A stretch of DNA of 64,000 nucleotides from positions 3,296,001 through 3,360,000 of the forward strand of contig OZ250169.1 in NCBI GenBank assembly GCA_965237955.1, read 5' to 3'. The first letter of the stretch is position 1, and each line of letters opens with the position of its first letter. This stretch comes from Candidatus Marinacidobacterales bacterium. GTDB lineage: Bacteria > Acidobacteriota > Vicinamibacteria > Marinacidobacterales > SMYC01. A program made the translations under genes and the position numbers. Under the pieces are notes generated by a model. It was not told the DNA's origin, ran no database searches, and saw nothing but the letters and a program-made list of their open reading frames with translations. Positions 10,276-20,039 of this stretch are shown here, one piece after another.

Positions 10276-11257
10276 CCTTGAGCTCCCGCAACGCTCTCGC
10301 GACGTACACGCGGGCCATCTTCTTACGGTAAGCATGCGTGAGGTCGGTATTGTCAAGGGGCTTTGCTGGTCGATAAGCAACGGATGCCGCCTCTTCGATG
10401 ACGTCCTCGGTGAGTTTCTTTCCTATTAGCAACGTTTCGGCTTTGTCGGCTTCGACCGGGGCCGACTCTACCGCGGTCAACACGATGCGCGCCTTTTCGA
10501 TCGTGCCGTCCTTGGCGGTCTCGAGCGCGGCGGCGACACCGAGAATCGGGAAGTCGATGCTGCCGCGTCGTCGAAGCTTGAGATACGTCGCGCGCATCCC
10601 GTTGACTTTGGGCACGTGAATCTCCGTGAGGATCTCCTCGCGCTTTTTTTTCAGGAAGTGGATCCCGTCGAACTCGTAGAGAGATTTCACCGGAACGCGT
10701 CGCTCGCCGTCGACTCCGACGAGGGTACACTCGGCGTCGAGCGCAATGAAGACCGGAGCGGTGTCCGATGAGCTCACCGCCCAACAGCGCGGGCTCGACG
10801 GCGCGACCCAGCAGATCTCGCCATCTTTTTTCATGCAGAAGTTGATGGACTTTCGCCACTCGTAGCTCTGGTTGTAGTAGTTGCAGCGGGTGTCGACACA
10901 GAGATTGCCGCCGATGGTGCCCATGTTCCTCAAGATCGGAGAACTCACGAGCTCGGCCGCGGTGGCGATGGCTGGGTAACGCGTTTGCAGCAGCTCGTTC
11001 TGCTCGACACGCGTGAGCGTCATCATCCCACCGATGGTGATGCCCTCTTCCGCACTTCCGGAAACTGCGCGAGCGTTCTCGACGCTGGCGAGCCCCACGA
11101 GAACTTTCGGCGTAAACTGACGCCGCTTCATGTTGGGGTAGAGATCGGTGCCACCGGCAACCGGCATGGCTTCGTCCGCCGCGTGGTCGGCGAGCATCTT
11201 CGCCGCCTCTTGCGCCGTTTTCGGCGCAAGGTAGCGGAACGGGGGCAGCCGCATCAT
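10262..11257 (-). CDS. XDH-family FAD subunit with [4Fe-4S] insert (HcrB-like)
   Basis: AGGTDL, RNMGTIGGNLC, Cys-rich insert RCNYYNQSYEWR..FCMKKDGEIC, RGSIDFP. Confidence 0.85.
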   Translation of the reverse strand: MMRLPPFRYLAPKTAQEAAKMLADHAADEAMPVAGGTDLYPNMKRRQFTPKVLVGLASVENARAVSGSAEEGITIGGMMTLTRVEQNELLQTRYPAIATAAELVSSPILRNMGTIGGNLCVDTRCNYYNQSYEWRKSINFCMKKDGEICWVAPSSPRCWAVSSSDTAPVFIALDAECTLVGVDGERRVPVKSLYEFDGIHFLKKKREEILTEIHVPKVNGMRATYLKLRRRGSIDFPILGVAAALETAKDGTIEKARIVLTAVESAPVEADKAETLLIGKKLTEDVIEEAASVAYRPAKPLDNTDLTHAYRKKMARVYVARALRELKGAEP

Positions 11258-13686
11258 GAGGACGTTTCCTCACGCGACGATTCCTCACGCATGGGGGGCA
11301 CTTCGACCGGGGGCGGCCAATCGTAGTCGGGCACGGTGACCGCGGGCAGGCGCCCTTCGAGAGCGTTCACGATCTTGTCCGGCGTCACCGGGCTTTCATC
11401 GATACGAACGCCGAGCGCGTCATAGATAGCGATAGGAACGGCGGGGATGACGGGAAGAAGCGGACCTTGACCGCACTCCTTCGCGCCGTAAGGTCCTTGC
11501 GGATCCAACGTCTCCACGAGGATCGATTCCACCGGGGGCATGTCCACGAACGTCGGGCTCTTGTAATCGAGCATCGACGGGATCTTGTGAACGCCCATCC
11601 GGAAAACCTGTTCCTCCATGAGCACTTCGCCGAGCCCCATGTAGACGCTTCCTTCGATCTGTCCGATCGCGAGCAGCGGGTTGATGGCCTTGCCGACATC
11701 GTGCGCGATCCAAATCTGGTGAATCTTCACCCAGCCGGTGTCGGGATCGACTTCGAGCTCGAGAGCGCACGCCGAGTAGCTATAGGTGGCACTCGGCCCA
11801 ACTCCCGCGCCTTTGTAGCGGCCCGGGGAGCGCGGCGGCGTGTAGCTTCCTGTCGAGCCGAGAGTTCCGTGTCGCGCTTCGGCGAGCACAACCGCCTCGG
11901 CGAAATCCATCGAGACGTCAGGGTGCTCACGGTCGAAGATCTTCCGGTGCGCCATCGCGAGGCGCTCGACAGGTACTTGAAGTTTTTCCGCCGCCCGGTC
12001 GAGCAGCAGTGGTTTCAACCGGCGCGCCGCTTCGATCGCCGCGTTACCGGTCATCAACGTGACCCGGCTCGCATAGCTCCCCAGATCGACGGGGGTCAGG
12101 TGCGTATCGGCAGTCACGACGTGGACGTCTTTGACCTCGACGCCGAGCTCCTCGGCGACCACATAAGCGAGGACTGAATCCGAGCCCTGCCCGATGTCCG
12201 TCGATCCACAAAACGCGGTGACACCGCCGCCGCGGTCGAGCTGTAGCTGCACACCGCTATGCGGCAGCTTGTTCCAGTAGATGGGCAGTCCCGCGCCGGT
12301 GAGGTAGCTCGACGCCGCGAGACCGATGCCTCGTCCTTTCGGAAGCTTGCCGTGTTTGTTACGAAAATCGGAACGCTCGGCGACGCGCTCGAGGCACTCT
12401 TTCAAGCCTACGGTGCGGATCTTGAGCTGGTTCGCGGTGATCGAGAACGGCTCAACGACTTTCTCGAGCCGAATATCAAGAGGACTCTTCTTGATTTCCT
12501 CGGCGAGCTTGTCGAGGTGGCACTCGATCGCGAACCGAGGCTGCACTGTCCCGTGGCCGCGTTTGGGACCGCACGGCGGCTTATTCGTGAAAACGCGCAG
12601 CCCTTCGAACTTGTAGCGCGGGATCTTGTAGGTGACCGTCTGGAGCGCGCCGGTGTAATAGAGGCTTGCGACACCGTAACTTCCGTACGCCCCGCCGTCC
12701 AAAAACGATCGGAAGTGCATCGCCGTGATCGAGCCGTCTTTCTTGATACCGCTCTTGACCCACATCTTCACCGGATGCCGGCCGCGATGGCAGTAGAAGA
12801 CTTCTTCACGGGTGAGCGTGACCTTCACCGGTCGCCTGGTTTTCATCGAGAGCTTGGCGACGACCATCTCGTGGTTGAATGGATCGCTCTTGCCACCGAA
12901 GCCGCCACCGTTGGGGCAGGCAATGATGCGCACCTGCGACGGCGGCATCTCGAGCACTTTTGCCATCGCACGGTGGACGTAGTGCGGTGTCTGCGTCGAC
13001 GACCAAAGCGTCATCTTGCCGTCGGCCCCGTAGGAAGCAAGCGCCGAGTGCTGTTCCATGGGAAGGTGCGTGTTGCCCTGAAAGAAGAACGTGTCCTCGC
13101 GCACGACGTCAGCTTCGGCGAACCCTTCCTCGAGATCGCCGAACTCGAGCGAGACCGCCTTGTGGACGTTGCCCTCCACGCCCTTGTGGAGCTCGCCCGC
13201 ATGGATCGGCTCCGAGTCTTCTCGGAGCGCGTCTTCGATGCTCATGATCGGTTGTAGCACTTCGTATTCGACGTCGATGTGATCGAGTGCGGCCTCGGCG
13301 GTCTCTTCATCGACGGCGGCCACCGCGGCAACCGGGTCGCCGACGAAACGTGTTTTGTCGATACAAAGCGCGTGCTCGTCCTGGGACACGGGGAGGATGC
13401 CGAATGGGATGGGAAGCTCGGCACCGACGAGCGCGGCGACGACGCCGGGCATCGCCTCGGCCTTGCTGGTGTCGACGTTCACGACGCGCGCGTGCGGGTG
13501 CGGGCTTCTCTTGAGCTTGCAAAAAAGCATGCGCGGAAGCGCCAGATCGTCCGCGAACATCGTCTCCCCGACGACCTTCGCCATCGCGTCCACTTTCATC
13601 ACCGGCTTGCCGATGATCGAAAGCGGCTCCGCCTCCTGGGTCGGCGTCGATTCCTCAGGGCGTTCGACGTCAGTTCTAGTCGGCAT
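11254..13686 (-). CDS. XDH-family molybdopterin subunit (HcrA-like)
   Basis: TQTPH, GGGFGGK, RGHG, DIGQGS, GSYASR, GQIEG, GAKECGQG. Confidence 0.9.
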   Translation of the reverse strand: MPTRTDVERPEESTPTQEAEPLSIIGKPVMKVDAMAKVVGETMFADDLALPRMLFCKLKRSPHPHARVVNVDTSKAEAMPGVVAALVGAELPIPFGILPVSQDEHALCIDKTRFVGDPVAAVAAVDEETAEAALDHIDVEYEVLQPIMSIEDALREDSEPIHAGELHKGVEGNVHKAVSLEFGDLEEGFAEADVVREDTFFFQGNTHLPMEQHSALASYGADGKMTLWSSTQTPHYVHRAMAKVLEMPPSQVRIIACPNGGGFGGKSDPFNHEMVVAKLSMKTRRPVKVTLTREEVFYCHRGRHPVKMWVKSGIKKDGSITAMHFRSFLDGGAYGSYGVASLYYTGALQTVTYKIPRYKFEGLRVFTNKPPCGPKRGHGTVQPRFAIECHLDKLAEEIKKSPLDIRLEKVVEPFSITANQLKIRTVGLKECLERVAERSDFRNKHGKLPKGRGIGLAASSYLTGAGLPIYWNKLPHSGVQLQLDRGGGVTAFCGSTDIGQGSDSVLAYVVAEELGVEVKDVHVVTADTHLTPVDLGSYASRVTLMTGNAAIEAARRLKPLLLDRAAEKLQVPVERLAMAHRKIFDREHPDVSMDFAEAVVLAEARHGTLGSTGSYTPPRSPGRYKGAGVGPSATYSYSACALELEVDPDTGWVKIHQIWIAHDVGKAINPLLAIGQIEGSVYMGLGEVLMEEQVFRMGVHKIPSMLDYKSPTFVDMPPVESILVETLDPQGPYGAKECGQGPLLPVIPAVPIAIYDALGVRIDESPVTPDKIVNALEGRLPAVTVPDYDWPPPVEVPPMREESSREETSS

Positions 13687-13689
13687 CGT

Positions 13690-14190
13690 CTAACAGGAGA
13701 TGGGCTTTCCTACTTCGCCCGCGGCAGCGCGCTCGATGGCTTGGAGAATCTGAATGTAGCCGGTGCACCGGCACAAATTTCCGGCAAGGGCCTCTTCGAT
13801 CTCTCGTCGCGCGGGAAGGGTGTTTTTGTCGAGGAGCGACTTCGCCGCCAGAAGAATCCCGGGTGTGCAGTAGCCACACTGCGCCGCCCCCATCTCGGCG
13901 AACGCGACCTGTAGCGGGTGGGCTTTGCCGTTCTCGGTGAGCCCCTCGACGGTCAAGATCTCGGTGTTCTGGAGCTCGATAGGAAGGGCGAGACAAGAGA
14001 GCACCGGCTCGCCGTCCACGAGAACGGTGCACGTGCCGCACTCGCCGAGCTCACACCCGTGCTTCGTCCCCGTCAGACGCAGGTCTTCGCGCAGCACTTC
14101 GAGCAACGTCTTCCAGAGCGGCACGGCGACGGCGACGGGCTCGCCGTTCACGTTGAGATGCAGAATCTCCTTCTCGGTCATAGCATCCAT
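13690..14190 (-). CDS. XDH-family 2x[2Fe-2S] subunit (HcrC-like)
   Basis: GTKHGCELGECGTC, QCGYCTPG, GNLCRCTGY. Confidence 0.92.
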   Translation of the reverse strand: MDAMTEKEILHLNVNGEPVAVAVPLWKTLLEVLREDLRLTGTKHGCELGECGTCTVLVDGEPVLSCLALPIELQNTEILTVEGLTENGKAHPLQVAFAEMGAAQCGYCTPGILLAAKSLLDKNTLPARREIEEALAGNLCRCTGYIQILQAIERAAAGEVGKPISC

Positions 14191-14266
14191 AAATTTTACC
14201 ACGCTACGATAAACGACGAGATGGTTGGAGTCGGGATCGTCCGGGGTGAGGACGGGTTCCTCTACA

Positions 14267-15580
14267 TTACGCAGGAGTTTTCGCGGCCAATCGAGCCGCG
14301 CCGGCGTCGATAATCGCTCCTTCGAGCGCAACGACTACCTCCCCCAGAAGAAAAATCGATCCCGCGACGACGACTTCCCCCGTCGGGCCGGCGAGCTCCC
14401 GCGCGCGCGCAAGCGCCTTTTCCGACGAAGGGATGGCCTCCGCCGGCGTTCCCTGATCGCGCGCGAACGAAGCGAGAGGCTCGGGTCCGCGGGCGCGCGA
14501 CATCTCCGGTCTGGTGGCGACGAAGCGAGACACGTGCGGCAGCAGTTGCGTCAGCATGTCGTGGACCCTCTTGTCCTTCATGACACCGAAGAGCAAGACG
14601 CGGTGATCGCGAGGGTGTGCCTTCAAGAACCTGCCGAGCTGCTCCGCGGCCATGACGTTATGGGCAGCGTCGAGTAAAAGTGCCGGGGCTCCTGCGATTC
14701 GCTGCAGGCGCCCTAGCCACTTCGTCGAGCGAACGCCTTGGCGCACCTGCTCCGCGGTCAGCTCCGGCTCCAAAAGCTCGGCCACGCGGACCGCGAGCAC
14801 GAGATTATCCAGTTGGTGCTCGCCCAGGAGCGGGAGCTCGACGTTTTTGTAGTCGCGCTCGGGCGTTCTCAATCGAACGCGCTGGACACTATCGACCGGC
14901 TTCGCATGAATCTCACTACCGTCTCGAGCTCGAATGAGGTCGGCGCTTTTTCGCCGTGCCTCATCGCGTACGACGTCGAGGGCCTCGGGCACGAGCTCTC
15001 CTATTACGACGGGCCGACCTTCTTTGATGATGGCCGCTTTCTCGGCAGCGATGGCGGCGATCGAGTCCCCGAGAAAGTGCTCGTGATCGAATCCTATCGG
15101 CGTGATGACGGAGACCGACGCGGGAGCGATGTTGGTGGCGTCCCACCGACCCCCCATCCCCACTTCGAGCACGGCGGTGTCGACGTCGCACTCGGCAAAA
15201 AAGGCGAACGCGCTTGCGGTGACCGCTTCGAAGAACGTGGGCTCGGTGAGTTTTTGGGAAGCGTCGGCGACGCGCGCCACGACGGTCGCGAGCTCGTCTT
15301 GTGAGATGGGCCGTCCGTCCACTTGAATACGTTCTTCGAGGGAACGTATATGAGGTGACGTGTAGCGGCCGGTGCGGTAGCCCGCCGCGGTGAGGATCGA
15401 CTGAAGCAACGCGGCGGTAGAACCCTTGCCGTTTGTGCCGGCGATGAGGATCGACGGGAACTGTCGCTCGGGTCGACCCAACGCGGCCGCGAGCTGGTCG
15501 ATGTTCGAGAGACCGAACTTGATGCCTAATTTCTCTCGGCTTCTCAAGTAGGCAAGGGCGTCTTCGTATGTCCGTATCAA
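14267..15580 (-). CDS. folC: Folylpolyglutamate/dihydrofolate synthase
   Basis: AGTNGKGS, YTSPH, EVGMGGRWDATN, DAAHN; follows accD. Confidence 0.93.
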   Translation of the reverse strand: MIRTYEDALAYLRSREKLGIKFGLSNIDQLAAALGRPERQFPSILIAGTNGKGSTAALLQSILTAAGYRTGRYTSPHIRSLEERIQVDGRPISQDELATVVARVADASQKLTEPTFFEAVTASAFAFFAECDVDTAVLEVGMGGRWDATNIAPASVSVITPIGFDHEHFLGDSIAAIAAEKAAIIKEGRPVVIGELVPEALDVVRDEARRKSADLIRARDGSEIHAKPVDSVQRVRLRTPERDYKNVELPLLGEHQLDNLVLAVRVAELLEPELTAEQVRQGVRSTKWLGRLQRIAGAPALLLDAAHNVMAAEQLGRFLKAHPRDHRVLLFGVMKDKRVHDMLTQLLPHVSRFVATRPEMSRARGPEPLASFARDQGTPAEAIPSSEKALARARELAGPTGEVVVAGSIFLLGEVVVALEGAIIDAGAARLAAKTPA

Positions 15581-16488
15581 GAAACGGACTCTTCCTTGGG
15601 CACCGGAGCCGCTTTCGACGCGGCGTCGCTCCGAGTCCTCGGTGCGACCGGCTGCGTAAAGAAGCGCAGCAGTTTTCCGAGAGTCGCTCGCATTTTGCTG
15701 CGCTCGACGATCATGTCGAGCATGCCGTGCTCTGCGAGGTACTCGGAGCGCTGAAATCCCGGCGGGAGAGGCTCCCGGATCGTCTGCTCGATGACGCGGG
15801 GGCCGGCGAAGCCGATGAGAGCTTTCGGCTCGGCAAGGTTGATGTCGCCCAGCATCGCGAAGCTCGCGGTAACGCCGCCGGTGGTCGGATCGGTCAGGAT
15901 CGAGATGTAGGGAACGTTCGCGTCATCGAGACGCGCGAGAGCGGCGCTGATTTTCGCCATCTGCATGAGCGATATCGCGCCTTCTTGCATGCGTGCCCCG
16001 CCTGAGCGGGAGACGATGAGGAGCGGGGACCTCTCCTCGAGGGCGAGCTCGACCGCCCGCGTTAGCTTTTCGCCGACGACAACGCCCATGCTGCCGCCGA
16101 TGAAGCCGTACTCCATCGATGCCAGCACCACGGGAATGCCGGTGATACTTCCGCGCGCGATGAGCACGGCGTCCTCGAGCCCGGTAGCTTCCTTGCTGCG
16201 CGCCAGCCGGTCGCGGTAGCGCTTCGTGTCTGAAAACTCCAGGGGATCGTTCGACGTCAGTCCTGTCTCGATTTCCTGGTAACGTTCGTCGTCCAAGAGC
16301 GACTTCGCGCGCTCCACTGACGTCAACCCCATGTGGTAGTTACATTTCGGGCACACGCTCAGGTTTCGGACGATTTCCTTCGTATAGAGGATCTCCGCGC
16401 AATCGCGACACTTGGTCCAGAGCCCCTCGGGCATGCGGCTTTGCTTGACCGAGGGGAGAGGGCTTTTCTCTTTCTTGAACCAGCTCAT
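15577..16488 (-). CDS. accD: Acetyl-CoA carboxylase carboxyltransferase beta subunit
   Basis: Zn ribbon LWTKC..CPKC, GGSMG, SGGARMQE, PTTGGVTASFA, GFAGPRVIEQT. Confidence 0.95.
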   Translation of the reverse strand: MSWFKKEKSPLPSVKQSRMPEGLWTKCRDCAEILYTKEIVRNLSVCPKCNYHMGLTSVERAKSLLDDERYQEIETGLTSNDPLEFSDTKRYRDRLARSKEATGLEDAVLIARGSITGIPVVLASMEYGFIGGSMGVVVGEKLTRAVELALEERSPLLIVSRSGGARMQEGAISLMQMAKISAALARLDDANVPYISILTDPTTGGVTASFAMLGDINLAEPKALIGFAGPRVIEQTIREPLPPGFQRSEYLAEHGMLDMIVERSKMRATLGKLLRFFTQPVAPRTRSDAASKAAPVPKEESVS

Positions 16489-16608
16489 AGCAACAAGAGA
16501 AGGATCGTAACAGTGGGCTTGTAGCGGGTCAACTTGACGGAAAACCCGGGTTCGAGCGCGGTCGGTGACCACTCGAGCGCCGAAGCCCGAAGGGTGAAGG
16601 CGGGCGGA

Positions 16609-16845
16609 CTACTTTTTGGCGGGATCGGTGCCGTTACCGCCGGCGAGATCGTTGTCGATGCCGAGCATGCTGCACGCGGCATCGTACATCTTCAGGGGGC
16701 CTTCTCGTTTTTGCTGAAGCGCCGCGATGCGCTCTCGCACCTGGTCGAGCTCGCGCTCGATTTCCGCGTCGACCGTCTCGAGCTCCTGTTTCGCCATAGC
16801 GAGGCGGCGCTCGAAAACGTCGGACTCTTCTTTGGTCAGTGCCAT
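16609..16845 (-). CDS. Small coiled-coil hypothetical protein
   Basis: 78-aa ORF MALTKEESDVFERR..., helical heptad pattern, between the kinase and accD. Confidence 0.6.
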   Translation of the reverse strand: MALTKEESDVFERRLAMAKQELETVDAEIERELDQVRERIAALQQKREGPLKMYDAACSMLGIDNDLAGGNGTDPAKK

Positions 16846-17633
16846 CCGATCTCGTGCTTCGGTAGACAAGGTATGACTCCTATGGTTCCAGCTCGAACAG
16901 GCGGGCAACGAAGCGCGCGAGCTCGTTCGGGCCGACGGCAGGCCTTCGCCTCAAGTATGTATCCAAATCCAATAGCATTTCCGCGGCATCCTGATACCGC
17001 TCGTCGGGATCTCTTTTGAGCGCGCGGGTCACGACCGCCTCGAGCTCGATGGGAACCGCGGGGTTGAGCGACGATGGCGTCAAAACCCTCGCCTCGCGAA
17101 CCCTCTCGAGAATGCTCATCTCGGAGTTTCCGCTGAACAAAGGATGCCCGGTCAACGCCTCGAAGAAAACCCCTCCGAGCGAAAAGATATCGGAGCGGTT
17201 GTCGAGCGCTTTCCCCCACGCCTGCTCGGGTGACATGTAGAGCAGCTTGTAGAGCAGCTTTCCCCGGAGCGAACCACTGTCTGTGTGCGACGCCTTCGTC
17301 GCCGCTCTGGCGATGCCGAAATCCACGAGCTTCACCTCGCCTTCGGTCGAGACGAGAATGTTTTGCGGGCTCACATCGCGGTGAACGATGCGGAGCGCGT
17401 TCCCGTCGTCGTCCCGATGGCGGTGCGCGTATTCGAGGGCGGCTCCTACTTTCGCGGCAATGAGCGCCGCCAAGTCGACGCCAAGGTGGGTTCCCCGGTT
17501 GCGAGCTCGGCCGAGGATCGTTCGTAGATCCCGGCCTTCGACGAACTCCATCGCGATGTAGTAGCTGTCGTCAATCTTGCCTAGATCGAAAATCTGGGTG
17601 ATGTTCGGATGAGACAGCGAGGCAACCATTTTT

Positions 17634-19348
17634 GCCTCTCCTGCCATTTCAGTGGATCCTCTCGAGGGTGAGACCGCCACAGTTTAGGTAGACGAGACTG
17701 ATGAGAGCTTCGGCAGAGTGGAGTCCAAAGCTGCGGTGGCTCAGCAGCCGGATTTTGTTGTTCATTCCTTCGAGTCGGCCGTTGCTGAGTCTCCACGTGA
17801 CCCACGCGATGACGCCATCGAAGTGGCTGTCATCTTCGCCGCGCGTTTGACGGGCTCTATCCTCGAGCTCATAGCGCGCCGCAGCCATCCTCGGAGAAAC
17901 TTCTTGGCCCATGTCTCGGTTTTGTAGGTGTAGAGGTCCATGAAGTCGTCGCGCAGAAGCATGGCGCGGTAGAGGCGACGATTAGCTCGCACCTGCTCGC
18001 GGAGCACCCGTTTGTCTTTCGCGCTGCGGTTGTGTTTGGCCTTGAGAAGGGGAAACTTGGTGTTCTTGAGGTTGCGCCGGGCAGTCCCTTTGAGCTCGCG
18101 CACCAGCTCGCGCCGGGTCTTATCCACGGCCTCGTTCAGATGCTTGACGATGTGGAAGCGGTCAAAGATCACCCGTGCCTGAGGAGCCTTTTTGCCGACG
18201 ACAGTTCTGTACGGCTCCCACATGTCCATGCTGACCGCTTCGAGCTCCGCGGCTCTTTGTGGTCCGAGCTTGCGGAAAAACCGCAGCAGCGTCTTGGCCT
18301 TGCGCTCCTTTCCCGCCCAGACGACCCGGCCGCTGAGATGGTCTATTACCACTGTTAAGTACTTGTGGCGTTTGCGGTAGCTGATCTCGTCCATCCCAAT
18401 CACCCGCAATCCATCGAGCTCGCGCCGCTCATCCCGCTGCTCGGCAACCACTCGCTGGATGATCCGTCGCACCGAACGCCACGTCACCCGGAAATAGTTC
18501 GCTACGGCGCTGACGTCCGTCCTCTGTGCCAGCCACGCTACCTCTTGTTCGAAGCTTTTGGTAAAGCGGCTTCCCTTGTCGGCCCAAGGCACCTTTTCTC
18601 TGACCACTCCACACCGCCGACATACCACTCGTCGGATCGAGTAGCGAAGATAGGTCCGGACTCCGAACAGGTCCAAGTGCCGCCAGTAGCGATTGTAGCG
18701 ATCTTTGTTCTTGCGGACCTTTCGTCCGCAAATCCCGCACAGAGGCTTCCTCCTCCGTGGTACTACATCCACCACCACTCTGGCTTTGTCCGCCTGGAAG
18801 TGGAAACCTCGGACCCACAGGCCTTGCAATCCGATGAGCTTGTTGACTAACGTAGTAACGCGCATCGCGGGAACGCTCTTTTCTCTTTCGGAAAAAAAGA
18901 TTCTAGCGTTCTCGCCGATGCGCATCTACACATGGCTTACCCTCTCAACCCACGGGCCTCACCAAATGCCACTGCCCCTCAGCGGGAGACAAGGCTGTGG
19001 GAAACGCCCCCACGGTTCTGGTCGTTCAGACCTTGCTCACGACTGAGTTCTCTTCGAAGCCTGGAAGGGCGTTTTCCATAGCCTCCACTAATCGAGCCCC
19101 CCCTTCCTTATTCCATATGAATTAATCTTTCTTGTATATATATCAGGAGGGGCCTGTGGGCGCTCGTGGGAAACGCGAAGCGTTTTCCAAGCGATTGTGG
19201 AAAACGCCGCTCCACGTTTGTACGTGCTCACAACCTTTCCCTAAACGCCTCTCTCGCCCGGAGTTTCCGGCGTTTTCCACAATCGCGGCAGCGTCCATAG
19301 GCCATGCCCTCCAACACAAATCAGATCCCCCGAAACGACAGGAGAACC
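17634..19348 (-). mobile_element. ISL3 family insertion sequence, 1715 bp
   Basis: Imperfect 25-bp terminal IRs GGTTCTCCTGTCGTTTCGGGGGATC / GCCTCTCCTGCCATTTCAGTGGATC; 8-bp TSD CCATTTTT at 17626-17633 and 19349-19356. Confidence 0.92.
17649..18865 (-). pseudogene. ISL3 transposase, frameshifted near 17820
   Basis: Zn finger CGIC..CRRC, IGMDE, SMDMW, FDRFH; C-terminal SNGRLEGMNNKI..SFG lies in another frame. Confidence 0.88.
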
Positions 19349-20039
19349 CCATTTTTGCCTCGTCGACGAACATGTCGACGAAGTCCTTGTTATTCGACAA
19401 GTGTGGCAGGGATGCGCTTGACTGCAACGACCTTTTCGAATCCTTCGACGCCTTTCCGCTTCGCGCGGAACACTTCCGCCATACCGCCAACCGCCAACCG
19501 CTCGAGCAGCACGTAGCGGCCGTATTCGGAAGCTCCGTCCTCGCTCTGAACGGCCGGGATCTTCTCCAAGCGCTCGACGTCTTTGTGGAGATGCGAATCC
19601 TTCAACAGGGTGGAGTAGGCCGCATCGAGGAGCGAATATTGCTCCCTGTCCATATTGTCCGCAGGTGGTACGCCGGCGTACGGGTCGGTGTCCGCTACCC
19701 TGGGGTCCGGCGGCGCCGAATGGGCATGGCCCGCGCTTGGAGTCGCCGTTTCGTCGCCCGCCGCGGCACCGTCCCCCTTGAAATCGTCGATGATGTCGCC
19801 GAACAGGTCCGTCGATGTCAGGAGGCTCTGAGCAGCGTCGCTATCGCCTCGCCGCCGCACTTTCTTGCGGATGGCGCTCGGGTCGACGCCGAGGATGTCG
19901 CTATAAGGGGCACCGTCCGTAAAGGGATTGGCATCCTTACGTTTGGTCATGACCCCTCAGAGGCACCTCGACAGCTCAAAAAGCGGGAAGCCGTGATAAT
20001 ACGACAAAAAGCCTGCGGGTACCAGTCGTTCGCGACCTC

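Larger units (their letters stand above)
16880..19950 (-). pseudogene. Hanks-type Ser/Thr kinase interrupted by ISL3 and frameshifted
   Basis: 5' part GGMAEVF..VAVKRI, frameshift ~19410, then LPHLS..FVDEAKM; 3' part VASLSHPNI, HRDVSPQN, DFG, YMSPEQ; halves join across the 8-bp target duplication. Confidence 0.9.

Noticed and set aside
10262-14190. Assigning hcrA/hcrB/hcrC gene symbols
   Set aside because: The architecture is similar, but active-site motifs (GGKSD, ECGQG) differ from what I recall of true 4-HBCR and no aromatic-degradation context is present.
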